A DNA stretch of 64,000 nt from Octopus vulgaris. Lineage: Eukaryota. The notes beneath the pieces were generated by a model. It saw only the letters and a program-made list of their open reading frames with translations. It was not told the origin of the DNA and made no database searches. A program made the position numbers and the translations under genes. Below, piece after piece: positions 40,581 through 53,290 of the stretch. Numbering within the stretch: the first letter of the stretch is position 1; the number at the start of each line of letters is the position of its first letter. The DNA is taken from the NCBI GenBank assembly GCA_951406725.2, contig OX597814.1:43586001-43650000 (forward strand). Reading direction: 5' to 3'.

Positions 40581-42534
40581 GATTTGCACACTTTCTTGTA
40601 CCGTGCATTCCAATATATTGAACCTTTTGTAAGAAGGTTTTTTTGAGTGTAGTTAAAACAATCTCACATAAAGTAACTCATGTTAATCTTTCCAGAGGGT
40701 GATGTAATAGCCTTTGTTCTGAAGTTTCTTTTTTACTGTTAGAAATTATTTCCCTTGTGTTGTTTGTAATTTAAAAATATTTTTGAGAAAACTATTTACT
40801 GAATTCATATTAATTTTCCTTCTGATAGCTAACATTGTCATCGCAAAACCCCATTATTTTTTTATTCGATCGGTTAATTCTATTTACAGATTCCGTTCCT
40901 AACCTGGAAATAGTTAGTCTTAATCTGCAAAATTCAATTTACTATTCATTCAATTTGAATATCAGCTGACATTACTTGTCGGATTGGAAATTGTCCAATT
41001 TTAGATCTCGACATAAGTAGCCAAATATATACAGATAGTTCGTGTTCATATCCAATCATAAATGATTTAACTACTTCTATAAATTATTATGTCATGTAAA
41101 TCAATAGGATTCATTGAAATTCATGGTTAGGGCTGATACACTCCATTACAACATATCATTTGGATACTTAAAGATACTAAGTGGAAAAAAATTACCTCTG
41201 TCACCGGAAAGATATTTTACGAAGCAATATCGCACGAAAATAAACACAAAATCCACAATGTAGTGGGATACTTTCCACAAAAAATTTAAGTGTAAAAAAT
41301 AAAAATCAAATACGTCCCATGTCAAAGAAATATGCGTTCACCTTTTACTCGAGTATGTTAGAACAAGGTGAGTATAGGAATGTATGATTGTCTCTCCCCA
41401 CAGTTCCTAACAAACATATATCGTTTAAGCAATTCATTGAGATGCCTTTTAGAGCATAGGAAACATGTATCGTTACATTTGTGTCATCTCTCTTTGAGTT
41501 GAAAAACTAACTAGGTCAACATTGCCTTCCTGTAAGATTATCACGTTAAATGACAAGCGTTGATTGTTTCAAATAATTGTGTTCGGAAAATCGTAAACAG
41601 CATTCGATCCGCTTGAATATTTTACACGAGACGAATGTGATAACAGTCTCGCCATAGTGAACGTGGAAATATGATCGAACTTACAAGTTTTACCTGGACA
41701 AAAACATAAGTAAATTCACAGTAGTTTGCTTGGATCAAACTACTACTTCGATTCGTAGTAACAGCGCCATGCGCATTAAGATCATTGATTAAATGTTCAT
41801 GAAATTTACAATACTGCAGCATATGGTAGTAGGTTGATTTTATTTTGTAAGCGATTCTGTCCACTTTGGACCGTTGAGTCATTCAACAAGATATCTTGTG
41901 TCAATAAAAATGTGGTAGTATTAATTCATTTTATCTGGCATTACAATCATAAAAGTTAGGATTGTCATACAACGCAAAATAATTCTCATCGTCATAAAAC
42001 AAACTTAATTTCACTTGGTGTCAAATCACAATTTCATGGCTTAAATGCAAAGTTCTCACTAGCGCTCGGTCAGAGGGAATGAGGAATTTTTACTTTAGTA
42101 ATCATTAAATAAGAGCCAGCCGGTGTGATCAATACTTGGAAAAGATAGTGACGGTAAAGAGGGAACTGTTCTCTAATGTGTTTCAGAAACTGCGTGTGAA
42201 TGTGGAAAAAAAAAACAAAAGCCGAACGAGGCTTTCAAATCTTCGTAGTCTTTCATCTTAAGCGTACGGGGTTCCTCGATTTCTTGTAGTTGTAGCCTAA
42301 CTTCGAACTTGCTCTTCAAATCTGACGCGCCTAAAGCAAATAAATAAATCTATTATTTATTGTTTTTGTCGTTGTTGTTGTTGTTGCTACTGCTACAGTT
42401 GCTGCTGCTGGTGATGATGATGATGAGGAGGAGGAGGATGTTATGCAAACAACATACTATTTGAATTTATTCAACCTGAATTTTATGCTGTGGATTACTG
42501 ACAAGCTTATTCATATCTTAAGAAACTTAGGCTA

Positions 42535-42765
42535 GCAATTTGCTAGACATCAACAATATATCTTTCAATACCAATATTCTTCAGCCTCTTTGATATCAGA
42601 CTCGATGTTTTATTGAGCTTCTGAATTAACACAGGAACAATATTCATCTTTGTATTCCACAATCGCATCATGTCTGTAGCTCGGACCCGATAGTTGTCAA
42701 TTATCTCAATATCTTCGAGATTCACCTTACTATCACATGTTATTGCTATATCTATGATCTTAAAA
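42535..42765 (-). mobile_element. Highly degraded RLE retrotransposon C-terminal relic
   Basis: IIDIAITCDSKVN..EIIDNY..MMRLWNTKMNIVPVLI resembles the Dong RLE end (IDV.IP.D..V..KE.EK..KY..L..E..RMW....VPVI). Confidence 0.55.
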
Positions 42766-42991
42766 ATGTTCTTTCAGTGTATTTTGAGATCTAAAATCGC
42801 GTTTGGGTTTGTTGCTTGAAAATGTGTTAGATTTTATGAGGAAATTTCATACAATCCTGTAAATAATATTCAATATCGTACCATAAGGCGGATGCCGAGT
42901 GACCCTAAACTTGAATTATGATGTCATCTTAAATGAAAAAAACTTGAGTAACATCCCCCAAGAGATAGATAGATAGGCAAACAGACACAGT

Positions 42992-43024
<33 letters not shown>

Positions 43025-43046
43025 GTATTTATGTATATATATATAT

Positions 43047-43101
<55 letters not shown>

Positions 43102-46100
43102 TATATATATATACGTATGTATGTATATGAACGCATTCCTATCTTCACAATATGTCCTGTAAATTTCAGAACTCAACTCATTTTACTTTATGCATAGTTT
43201 TGTTTTGACAGTGTTGGATAGTGTAGACCACTATTAACATTTCTACAGCTTACGTACCTAATAGAGTGAATCTTTTCATTTCCGATGCACTCGAAGCCTC
43301 ACATTATAGTTCCTAATCAAGTACAGATATTCCAAAGATTGATTTAATAAAATACTCAACAAACAGTGTTGTAACAGCTACTGAATATAAATAAGAGTTC
43401 CCCACTTCAGGACTGGAAATATTTTAAAACCTCTTATTGAATGTGTGCACTAAATATTTATTGAATGGACGAATACAGACTTTATGTGACTGAGGACAAT
43501 ATCGATTTCAGTTTTGATGGAATATTGTCCAAATATGACATATTTTATTATCTGCTACTGATAAATGAAAATAATGTCGATATCCGAAGGTTTCATAATT
43601 CTGAATATAAGGGGATATATGCATATGCTATGTTATTCGATTCGGTTTTATATGCTTTATTACCATTTCAAGAATTCCTATTTACAAGAATAAAATGAAA
43701 AGGAAATTACTCAAAGTGATAGAGTGCGAATATTTGTACAGTGTTGTGTAAAATTTTATCTCAAATTTGAGAGCTAAATTACTCCAAATTAAACCTTTAA
43801 CTATTATTTTTTCGAGATACATAACGTAAGTAATTATAATCTGAGTTAGACTGAATTTAATACATTGGTGGATAAGAAGCAAGGTTAGTTTGTGTACTGT
43901 TACAGGCAGTGTATCACATCAATGTGCTATAATTATATATTACCTGCTGAAACCGATCATTATTTTAAGTAGAAGCAAGACTACAAGTTCCTCTTCTAAT
44001 TACTTAGGATGAAAGTGATACGTACAAGCTTCATATGCCTCTTAATTGAAGATATTATTCTCAATAGACACGTTTCACTCAGCGTGAAACAACTAAGGAA
44101 ATAATAAAATCAGCATTATACCATTTTAAAATAAGAATCTGATAAACTTTTTTTATGCAAAAGAACTCTAATAATTAAGACTAAAACATTATATAGAGTA
44201 AACAGCTATATCAACAACAATAACTTCAACAGCAACATATTTAAACAGCATACTATGTCAAATATTACACACACGCTGTCTCTCAATCAATTTCACCTTT
44301 AACATATTTATGGAAATATTTCAATGAAGTCATACAAATAAGACAAAAGTAAAAGTCGAAAATTTAAGGATCTTCCAATTACGCAATCATTTTCTGTAAG
44401 ATAGTGAGAAAATATAAAACCAATATTGTAGTGGTGTTTCCAGACATCAAAAGCTTGATAACTAATTCAGAGACTATGAGCGAGCTACAGGATGTTCGGT
44501 CTACTAGATAAACTATCAGCGCGAAGCTGTGGCGTGATGTTGTTTTCTTGAATGTTCTTGTACCCTACATTGGGTCGCTTTCGAGGCTTCTTAATCGCAG
44601 AATGATGAAATCCGCTGAGCGACATGCGCCTCCATTCTTGACATTTGCGCTGAAAACTCCACATTTTCAGTAAGACTCGCTCGGAACCTTTACGCAATAT
44701 TTCATACGAAAAACATACTGTCAAGGTAACATTTTTCTCTTTATTCTCAATACGCAATTTTGAATGTTGTTAATAGTAAGTGGCCGATAACAATTATCCT
44801 TGTATTTAGCAAGAAGAATTTCATTGAAATATGCGCGTGTTTTACTTTAGTTGATATTCACTCAACCAACAAAATATATTTACATTTACTACACAAGCAA
44901 CCATAGAGACATTGGTGACATCCGGCGCCACTTTTCATTGTGACATTGGTGACACCCGATGCTTACCTTCACAGCGATGATATGGACGACTATAGACTCA
45001 AGAAAAGTCCAGTAAGACCATCAAACTGAATAATTGATATTCATCTTCTCGTAAGATAGACCTTACACATTAGTCGTTTGAAAATCAACTCGTCACAATT
45101 AGCGTAATTATGAAGGAAGTCCAACAGAGAGAAAACACCCGCTCATATCTTTTACATCCACAAACACTACCTTCTTATGTTATGGCGTTAAAAATATTGT
45201 TAGTGTGACTACGAAAAGCCTAGACGTATTTTTCGTTTAGTTCAAAATAACAGTCAATTATAACTTGCAACTGTGTAGTCTATTCGTCTCTCGAATGAAA
45301 GATTTTGGACTGAAATTTATCCAGAATATTTCCCGTTTCGCTATAATAGTCGGTATTTAGTATTTTTGTTTACTTTCCAAATAATTTGTTTAAATTTGGC
45401 AACTTCACGTTGTATTATGGATAATCTGTATTCCAATATTTCTACTAGAGATATTTATTCTCCCCCATTTATCACTTCTATTTCCTCAGAAATTGGGATT
45501 TTTCGTATGCTTCCCTTGTCGGAAATATTGCAAAAAAGACACGAGCCTGATTTGGTGTAGATATCCCTGGAATATAAATAACCAGTAAGCTGATTTTAGA
45601 AAGTTGATATATGGAAGATAAGCGTAATTAATTACAACATCATGCAAGTGCAGTTTCATGGGGGATTACATAGAAATTCTACACCCACTGATACAAACAT
45701 ACAAACACATGCGTAAATATATTTACCAGTCAACGTTCTCTAATATAGAAAATAGGCTGTACACCTCCCCAGAATGATTGACACTAACTCATGTAAGAAA
45801 TATTGCATTTTGCAATGTCTTATAGAATTTTGGGGGACAGGTAAGATTAGTAAGTTTATTTATAGTTCATTAAAAGTTATACAATCAAGACCTAAATAAG
45901 ATTTTCAGCATGTTGTTCAACTGAATCTTCAAAGGTAAGTTATTTTTTAAAATTATTGAGACAAACGTTTCAGTGTATATATTTATATAACGTAGCATTG
46001 TAGTTCTTATATCTTTACTGATTCTACCCATAAAAAAACATAGCACTAAATACTTCAATTATTTTTACCATGTCCGAACCATACATCTACAACAAAACGA

Positions 46101-46306
46101 AAACCAAAGTCACTTTAATTTCAGAAAAAAAAATTAGCACTTATCAGAGTGCTGACTACTAAGTGAAAACATTGTTTATCACACTAAATTTACTTCACAA
46201 TATCCGGGTTGCAACACATGCAACACCTATTTAGAAAGTTCTATGTACTTTTTACGTTCCCATTTCATCTCTCAATGTCAATGAATCTTGCTGTAGTTAC
46301 ATCAAA

Positions 46307-46337
<31 letters not shown>

Positions 46338-46411
46338 TGTATGTATGTATGTATGTATGTATGTATGTATGTATGTATGTTTGTATGTATGTATGTATGT
46401 ATGTATGTATG

Positions 46412-46442
<31 letters not shown>

Positions 46443-46572
46443 ATATGTATGTATGTACGTATATATATATCTAAAATCAAAATGAGGGTAAAAAGAAATT
46501 TATATTAATTTGATAACATCAATTTTAACATATAAAAAAAACTGAGATTCAGTAAATATTATTTCATACATA

Positions 46573-46841
46573 AATATAATAGGGAATTTTTTTAACCACT
46601 ATGTGGAAACCCTTATGCTAGAAGAAGATCCGCTATGGCCTTAGCCACTAAGAATTGTTCTCCAGAAAAATTTAGCACACCAGAAACGTAAGCGAGCAAG
46701 ACAAATGGATGTTCGCTTACGTTTCTGGTGTGCTAAATGTTTCTGGAGAGCAATACATATTCTCAGTGGCTAAGATCATAGCGGGCCTTCTTCTAGCATA
46801 AGGGTTTCCACATAGTGGTTTTAAAAATTCCCTCTTATATT
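46573..46841. repeat. Fold-back inverted repeat (~126-132 bp arms, 11 bp spacer)
   Basis: AGGGAATTTTTTTAACCACTATGTGGAAACCCTTATGCTAGAAGAAG..CACACCAGAAACGTAAGCGA is mirrored by TCGCTTACGTTTCTGGTGTG..CTTCTTCTAGCATAAGGGTTTCCACATAGTGGTT..AATTCCCT. Confidence 0.92.
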
Positions 46842-46862
46842 CATACATATCTATATATATAT

Positions 46863-47116
46863 ATCACGTGATCACGTGACCGACCAGACCATCAGATGTT
46901 ACTACACATCGCTGGTCACAATGCGTTCGCATTGTTTTAGCCTTCGAATGACGCCACCTCACTGGTTAAGCGAACCGGCCAACAGAAGAAAGAGTGAGAG
47001 AAAGAGTGGTCAAAGAGTACAGCAGGGATCACCTCCCCCTGTCGGGGCCTCGTGGAGCTTTTAGGTGTTTTCGCTCAATAAACACACACAACGGCCCGGT
47101 CTGGGAATCGAAACCG
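46863..47116 (-). mobile_element. SINE family C, 5'-truncated, in (TA)n
   Basis: Reverse complement of 62746-63002; tail (CACGTGAT)n. Confidence 0.88.
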
Positions 47117-47135
47117 TATATATATATATAAAATG

Positions 47136-47225
<90 letters not shown>

Positions 47226-47239
47226 ATATATATCTTTTT

Positions 47240-48108
47240 TTCTCTGGTTTCAGCTCAGAGCTGCGGCCATGCTGATGCTCCGCCGTTTTGTGCTACACTG
47301 TTATTGCGAAGAACCTCGTCTAATATGTGGCACTTGGTGAAGAATGGGGTTTGATATAGCTACTCTCATTTGCACCTCTTGCCGTGAGGTAGGTTCATCT
47401 GCTAGTCTCGACAGGAAGATGTCCAGCTTTGATTTAAAAACCGCTACATCTACTTTGTGCAAGTTCCTGAGACTCTTTGGGAGAATATTAAAATGCTGTG
47501 GATCCTTGAAACCCAGGCTGTTGCAGAAGCTTATCCTGAAGCGTGATGGCATTGCTGGGATCTTTGGCACTATACAGTGTCGTCCCGTTCTAGCATTAGT
47601 GTAGCTTACAATGCCAAACTTTGGCACAATTTCTTCCAGGGTCTTCCAGACATATATTACTGCATACATCTCCCGTCTTCTGTCCAGGGGAGTAGAGTCT
47701 TAGCTGTTTCAACCTTTCCCAGTAGCTGAGCTGTTGCAAAGAGACAATCTTCTTTGTGAATCTTCTCTGGATTGCTTCAAGGTCAGCTGTTAATTTTACA
47801 CTGGTGGGTGACCATAGCTGTGAACAGTAATCCAGACGGCTGAGGACGAATGTCAGCCAGAGGACCATCATGGATTCTCTGGTTCTGAATGTTCTTAGGA
47901 TCCACCCAGCCAGTCGTCTGCACTTTGTCGCCATCCTGGCAATGTGCACTTGGAAATAGGTATCATCACTCATGTCGATACCCAGGTCCCACACAGACTT
48001 AGGCTCTGGGATTGAAATTCCCTGTGGACCGATATATCCCGTAAGTTTAATATTCAGTTTTGGATGCTGGTAGCGCAGGTTCTGAAATTTTTCAGCATTA
48101 AACTGCAT
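47240..48108 (-). mobile_element. CR1-group LINE, 3' end
   Basis: MQFNAEKFQ, DLGIDMS, WILRTFRTR, SRLDYCSQLWSP, LEAIQRRFTK, LSYWERLKQLRLYS, FNILPKSLRN, FKSKLDIFL; homologous to 24835-25700. Confidence 0.9.
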
Positions 48109-48110
48109 AT

Positions 48111-48155
<45 letters not shown>

Positions 48156-48158
<3 letters not shown>

Positions 48159-48820
48159 CCTAAACATGTTTAGACATTTACCCAACTCCACGTATGATAA
48201 CTTTACAAATATACTTTCTCTTCCCTTAAGGTTCCTTCGCCCGGCGAATAGCTAACGAATTATACCTCGTATAATTAATTACTTCCTCCGAGTTTTAAAG
48301 CAATAAAACACATGTTACCTGGATTTTATCTATTCAATAACCTAATTTTGTAGGTACACACACACACACGCACGCATTCATACACATACGTACATACATA
48401 CACACACACATATATATATATATACACACACACAAATACACACACACACACATATATATATATATACACACACATACACACATACACACATACACACACA
48501 CACATATATATATGTGTGTGTGTGTATGTGTGTGTGTGTATGTGTGTGTGTATGTGTGTGTGTGTATGTATGTATGTATGTATGTATGTATGTATGTGTA
48601 TGAATGTGTGCGTGTGTGTGTACCTACAAAATTAGATTATTGAATAGATAAAATCTAGGTTACATGTGTTTGATTGCTTGAAACTCGGAGGAAGTAATTA
48701 ATTATACGAGGTATAATTCGTTAGCTACTCGCCGGGCGAAGAAACCTTAAGGGAAGAGAAAGTATATTTGTAAAGTTATCATACGTGGAGTTGGGTAAAT
48801 GTCTAAACATGTTTAGGAAA
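48156..48820. repeat. ~665 bp palindrome: 200 bp unique arms around a mirrored microsatellite
   Basis: 48156-48356 is a near-exact reverse complement of 48621-48820; the (CA)/(TA)/(TG) centre is itself roughly mirrored about ~48508. Confidence 0.95.
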
Positions 48821-49150
48821 ATAATAAGAATCAGGAAAAAAAAGGAGAGGGGGACAAGTAGGGGGAAATGTTTGCCATAATTACTGAAGTTGAATAGGGG
48901 AATGTCTTTGTGAATTTAGGCCGGGATCATTTACTGGGTCTACTGCAGAAGGAATAAGTAAATATATTGTGGCACTTTGTAAATACATTTAAACAGAGTG
49001 ATATAAATTTAGAATTTGTTAGGAGAGAGGGGAAGAAGGAGAAGGGTTGAAGATAATGTCTTTGGTCAGTAGAGGAACATACGATTTTTATACCCTCTAC
49101 AGACAGATCGAAGCTAATTAATTACCTACAATGTGATCCTTGAATCTTCC
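48621..49150 (-). mobile_element. Probable Penelope-like 3' fragment
   Basis: Minus strand gives a degraded ..SLLTNSKFISLCLNVFTKCHNIFTY resembling a PLE endonuclease C-terminus, then a pyrimidine-rich UTR and a degenerate CCGGCGAG-TAGCTAAC-GAAT core. Confidence 0.45.
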
Positions 49151-49205
49151 CTTTACACAAACACACACGAACAGGCACACACAAACACAAACACACATGC
49201 AGACA

Positions 49206-49302
<97 letters not shown>

Positions 49303-49337
49303 ATAGTCGACAACGTCTGTCTTGCATTGCATATTTT

Positions 49338-50328
49338 CTTTTCTACTCTAGGCACAAGGCCTGAAATTTTGGAGAAGGGGGCCAGTCGATTATATCAACC
49401 TCAGTGCGTAATTCGTACTTATTTCATGGTCCCCGATGGGATGAAACCCAAAGTCGAGCTCGGCGAAATTTGAACTCAGAACATAAAGACAGACGAAGTG
49501 CCTATTTCTTTACTACCCACAAGGGGCTAAACACAGAGAGGACAAACAAGGACAGACAAACGGATTAAGCCGATTATATCGACCCCCGTGCGTAACTGGC
49601 ACTTATTTAATCTACCCCAAAAGGGTGAAAGGCAAAGTCGACCTTGGCAGTATTTGAACTCAGAACGTAACGGCAGACGAAATACCGCTACGCATTTCGC
49701 CCGGCGTTTTAACGTTCCTTATTTCTTTATTGCCCACACGGGGCTACACACAGAGGGGACAAACAAGAACAGACAAACGGATTAAGTTGATTATATCGAC
49801 TCCAGTGCGTAACTCGTACTCATTTAATCGACCCCGAAAGGATGAAAGGCAAAGTCAACCTCGGCAGAATTTGAACTCAGAACGTAGCGGCAGACGAAAT
49901 ACATATTTATTTACTACCTACAAGGGACTAAACACAGACGGAAAAAACAAGGACAGACAAACGGACTAAGTCGATTATATCGACCCCAGTGCGTAACTGG
50001 TACTTAATTTATCGACTCCGAAAGGATGAAAGGCAAAGTCGACCTCGGCGGAATTTGATCTCAGAACGTAACGGCAGACGAAATACCGCTAAGCATTTCG
50101 CCCGGCGTGCTAACATTTCTTATTTCTTTATTGCCCACAAGGGGCTAAACACAGAGGGGACAAACAAAAACAGACAAACGGATTAAGTCGATTATATCGA
50201 CTCCAGTACTTATTTAATCGAACCCGAAAGGCAAAGTCGACCTCGGCGGAATTTGAACTCAGAACGTAGCGGCAGACGAAATACCGCATTTCGTCTGTTG
50301 CGCTAACGTTTCTGCCACCTCGCCGCCA
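49338..50328 (-). mobile_element. SINE family B tandem multimer (five units)
   Basis: One head at 50328 and one terminal tail at 49338; internal tails at ~49502, 49719, 49905 and 50120. Confidence 0.92.
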
Positions 50329-51020
50329 TTTTATTGCGTATATTGTTGCAGGGAACTAAGTATTGACAATATAGAAATAGAGAGAAATTTCAAATATCTG
50401 TGTAGAAGTAAGGATGCAAAGTCTGTAATATATTGTAGAGTGTATCAGATTATTTCATGTACGTCATCTAGCTTCGCAAACCACACACATTAGTATTCCG
50501 TGCAATGTCTATACTGTTTCTGCTGTAATTAATTCAAAGATTTATTTGTTACATGTGACATTTTACAAATATTTCGAATTATTTAGGTTCCACCACCATC
50601 CTTTGCCCATTTTCATGCTTGATATTCTGCTTACGTTAAGATTCTAATGCTGTATATAAATGACATTCCGTAACTAAAACTAATATGGAATTTATATTAC
50701 GTCGATATAAGTCCCTGACATAATACAGTTTTGATTGTTTGGGGGATACGTTTTAGTGATTTAGATTAAAGGGATGAAATGAGTTTTTTTTTAAATAGAG
50801 AATAGTATCGCTGTAATGCTCTAAATAGGTTTGAAATACTTCACATGTTAATATAAACATGCTTGAATCACAGAATCTACATCTACTAAATTTAATGCTA
50901 AATAATCACTCCTTAATTGTTATATGAAGTAATTTGCGCACTGAATGCTTTCAAACTTAAATGATTTCAGCTGGTTGAGCAGCAGTAAATTACTTATAGG
51001 ATAGATATAACATGTTAGTT

Positions 51021-51320
51021 GAGGCACATGGCCTAGTGGTTAGAGCAGCGGACACGCGGTCGAGGGATCGCGGGTTTGAATCTCAGAACTGGCGTTGTGC
51101 GTGTTTACGAGTGAAACACCTAAGCTCCACGCGGCTCCGCCAGAAGGTACTGGCGAACTTCTGCTGACTCTTTCGCCACAACTTTCTCTCACTCTTTCCT
51201 CTTGCATCTAGCAGCTCACCTACGACGGACCGTCGTCCCGTCCATGTGGGGAACCTATCCGTCAATGAAACCTGGAAACCGGCCCCTACGAGCCAGGCGT
51301 GGCTCGAGAGGGAATAAACG
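51021..51320 (+). mobile_element. SINE family C variant (same tRNA head, different 3' body)
   Basis: GAGGCACATGGCCTAGTGGTTAGAGCAGCGGACACGCGGTCGAGGGATCGCGGGTTTGAATCTC; diverges from the 62693 copy after CTTTCTCTCACTCTTT. Confidence 0.8.
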
Positions 51321-51538
51321 TAACATGTTAAAGACTGAACAGAGTTTATGGAAGACGTAATGTGAAACAAAAGCACACATGAGCGAGAAAGTTTCGTACT
51401 TCCTTTAATAACTCTAAGGGAATAGTAATTACATGTTAATCAGGTAGGTAATATATTGTTTTGAGGTAAATTATACTTAATATTGTGTTGTTTTTGCATT
51501 CAGTATTTTAAAAATTACCATACAAAAAATAATAAACT

Positions 51539-51945
51539 TGGCTGTGTGGTAAGAAGCGTGCATCCCCATCACATGGGTCAAGGTTCGGCCCAACAACCTG
51601 ATATCGGGGGCAGTAACAGTGAGTGGATTTGGTTGACGGAAACTGAAAGAATCACCTTTATGTATATATATGTATATATATATATGTCAATATATGTATA
51701 TATATATATATATATATACATTTGTGTGTGTTTTGTGTTTGGGAGGGCGTGTGAGTCTGTGCCTGACAATAAGTGGTGATGTGTTTAAATCCCCGTAACA
51801 AAGCGGTTCGGCAAAATATCACCGATAGCATAAGTGCCATGAATTTTACAATTAAGTATTGGAGTCGATACAGTCGATTGAACATTTTTCAAGGCAGTGC
51901 CCCAGCATGACCGCAGTCTAATACCTGAAACAAGTAAAAGAGAAA
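51539..51945 (+). mobile_element. Old diverged SINE family A
   Basis: TGGCTGTGTGGTAAG..GAGTGGATTTGGTTGACGGAAACTGAAAGAA..AAGGCAGTGCCCCAGCATGACCGCAGTC..CTGAAACAAGTAAAAG. Confidence 0.8.
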
Positions 51946-52593
51946 AGATAAAAATATTCTCCATAAAATGTTGAATATTATTATGGATTAGTAGCTCCAG
52001 GTATAATTCGCTCACTTACATAAATATGAACCGAATGAAACTCGACACGAACTGAGTAATGCATTACTTACTTCCACTGATTAAGGGGAGCAAACAACCT
52101 ATAAACCAGACTTTTAACATTATATTTGAATTGAAAACTGCAGTTCCATTATCTCTTAACGCAACAACAATTTCACAGACGTTAAATAAATATAAAATGT
52201 AAAGAACTGAATTGAAAAAGGAAAACTGTCTTGCCTTAATATAATAAACATGCGATTACATTTTATGCGTATAAACGTCACAAAGAAACCATTGTATGCT
52301 TTTAATCTAAATTCATAATATAGTAAATATTAGTTAATATTCACTTACTCACGAAAGCACGAAGTTATAGGAGTTTGTATGTGGCTAATTATATGGAATA
52401 TGTTTAATTCTATTATATTTTCTACTGTTTTACTGGTTTCAGTCATCTGTCATTAATCTTATACAGGGCGCATGCACCCCCCGCCACATACACTCACAAA
52501 TCCTATATATGTTTTCTTGTTTGGATTAACTTTATATATATATATAATAATAATAAATCTCTGAACGAGGTATAAACAGTAGCTGCACGTCAA

Positions 52594-52819
52594 TGTGAAG
52601 TATATTTGCCATTTAAATGTGGCTAACCACTAAGGGCGGATGCTGCTGTAGGTTGTAGCCCCAGGAGAACATCTTCAGTTGACTATTGACACACTTTCTG
52701 TGCTATAAGGCTCAGAAAGTGTGTCAATAGCCAACTGGAGATGTTCTTCTGGGGCTACAACCTACAGTAGCATCCACCCGTAGTGGTTAGCCACATTTAA
52801 GTGGCAAATATACTTCACA
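52594..52819. repeat. Fold-back inverted repeat (110 bp arms, 6 bp loop)
   Basis: Arms 52594-52703 and 52710-52819, loop TATAAG; lies between (TA)n and (CA)n(TA)n. Confidence 0.93.
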
Positions 52820-52835
52820 CACACAGACACACACG

Positions 52836-52894
<59 letters not shown>

Positions 52895-53084
52895 GTCATG
52901 AAGAGTGTTAAAAAATCTAAAATATCCTCCAGGTGAAAATATTGATGTTCCTATTCGCCAGTTCACATCATGTATTTTCTTCATCTGACAAGTGACAGAA
53001 GTTCATTTATTACACATTGGAAGGTACACAGATGTTGGAATTGGTTAGTCGGTATTGCGTAAATTCCAAAATTTCAGCGGCTGT

Positions 53085-53290
53085 AAGGTGGCAAGCTGGC
53101 AGCAACGTTAGCACGTCGGGCGAAATGCTTAGCGCTGTTTCGTCCGTCATTACGGTCTGAGTTCAAATTCCGCCGAATTTCATCATTTCGGGATCAATAA
53201 ATTAAGTACCAGTTACGTACTAGTGTTGATCTAATCGACTAGTCCCCCTCCTCCAAATTTTCGGGCCTTGTGCCAAGATTAAAAGATTAT
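53085..53290 (+). mobile_element. SINE family B monomer
   Basis: AAGGTGGCAAGCTGGCAGCAACGTTAGCACG..GAGTTCAAATTCCGCCGA..TAAGTACCAGTTACG..GGCCTTGTGCC. Confidence 0.85.

Noticed and set aside
40600-46200. Long stretch of low-repeat sequence with short ORFs
   Set aside because: No recognisable domains or convincing splice-bounded open frames; treated as unannotated intronic or intergenic DNA.
49338-50328. Regularly spaced repeats resembling a CRISPR array
   Set aside because: Units are ~185-217 bp SINE copies with no unique spacers, there are no cas genes, and the context is eukaryotic.
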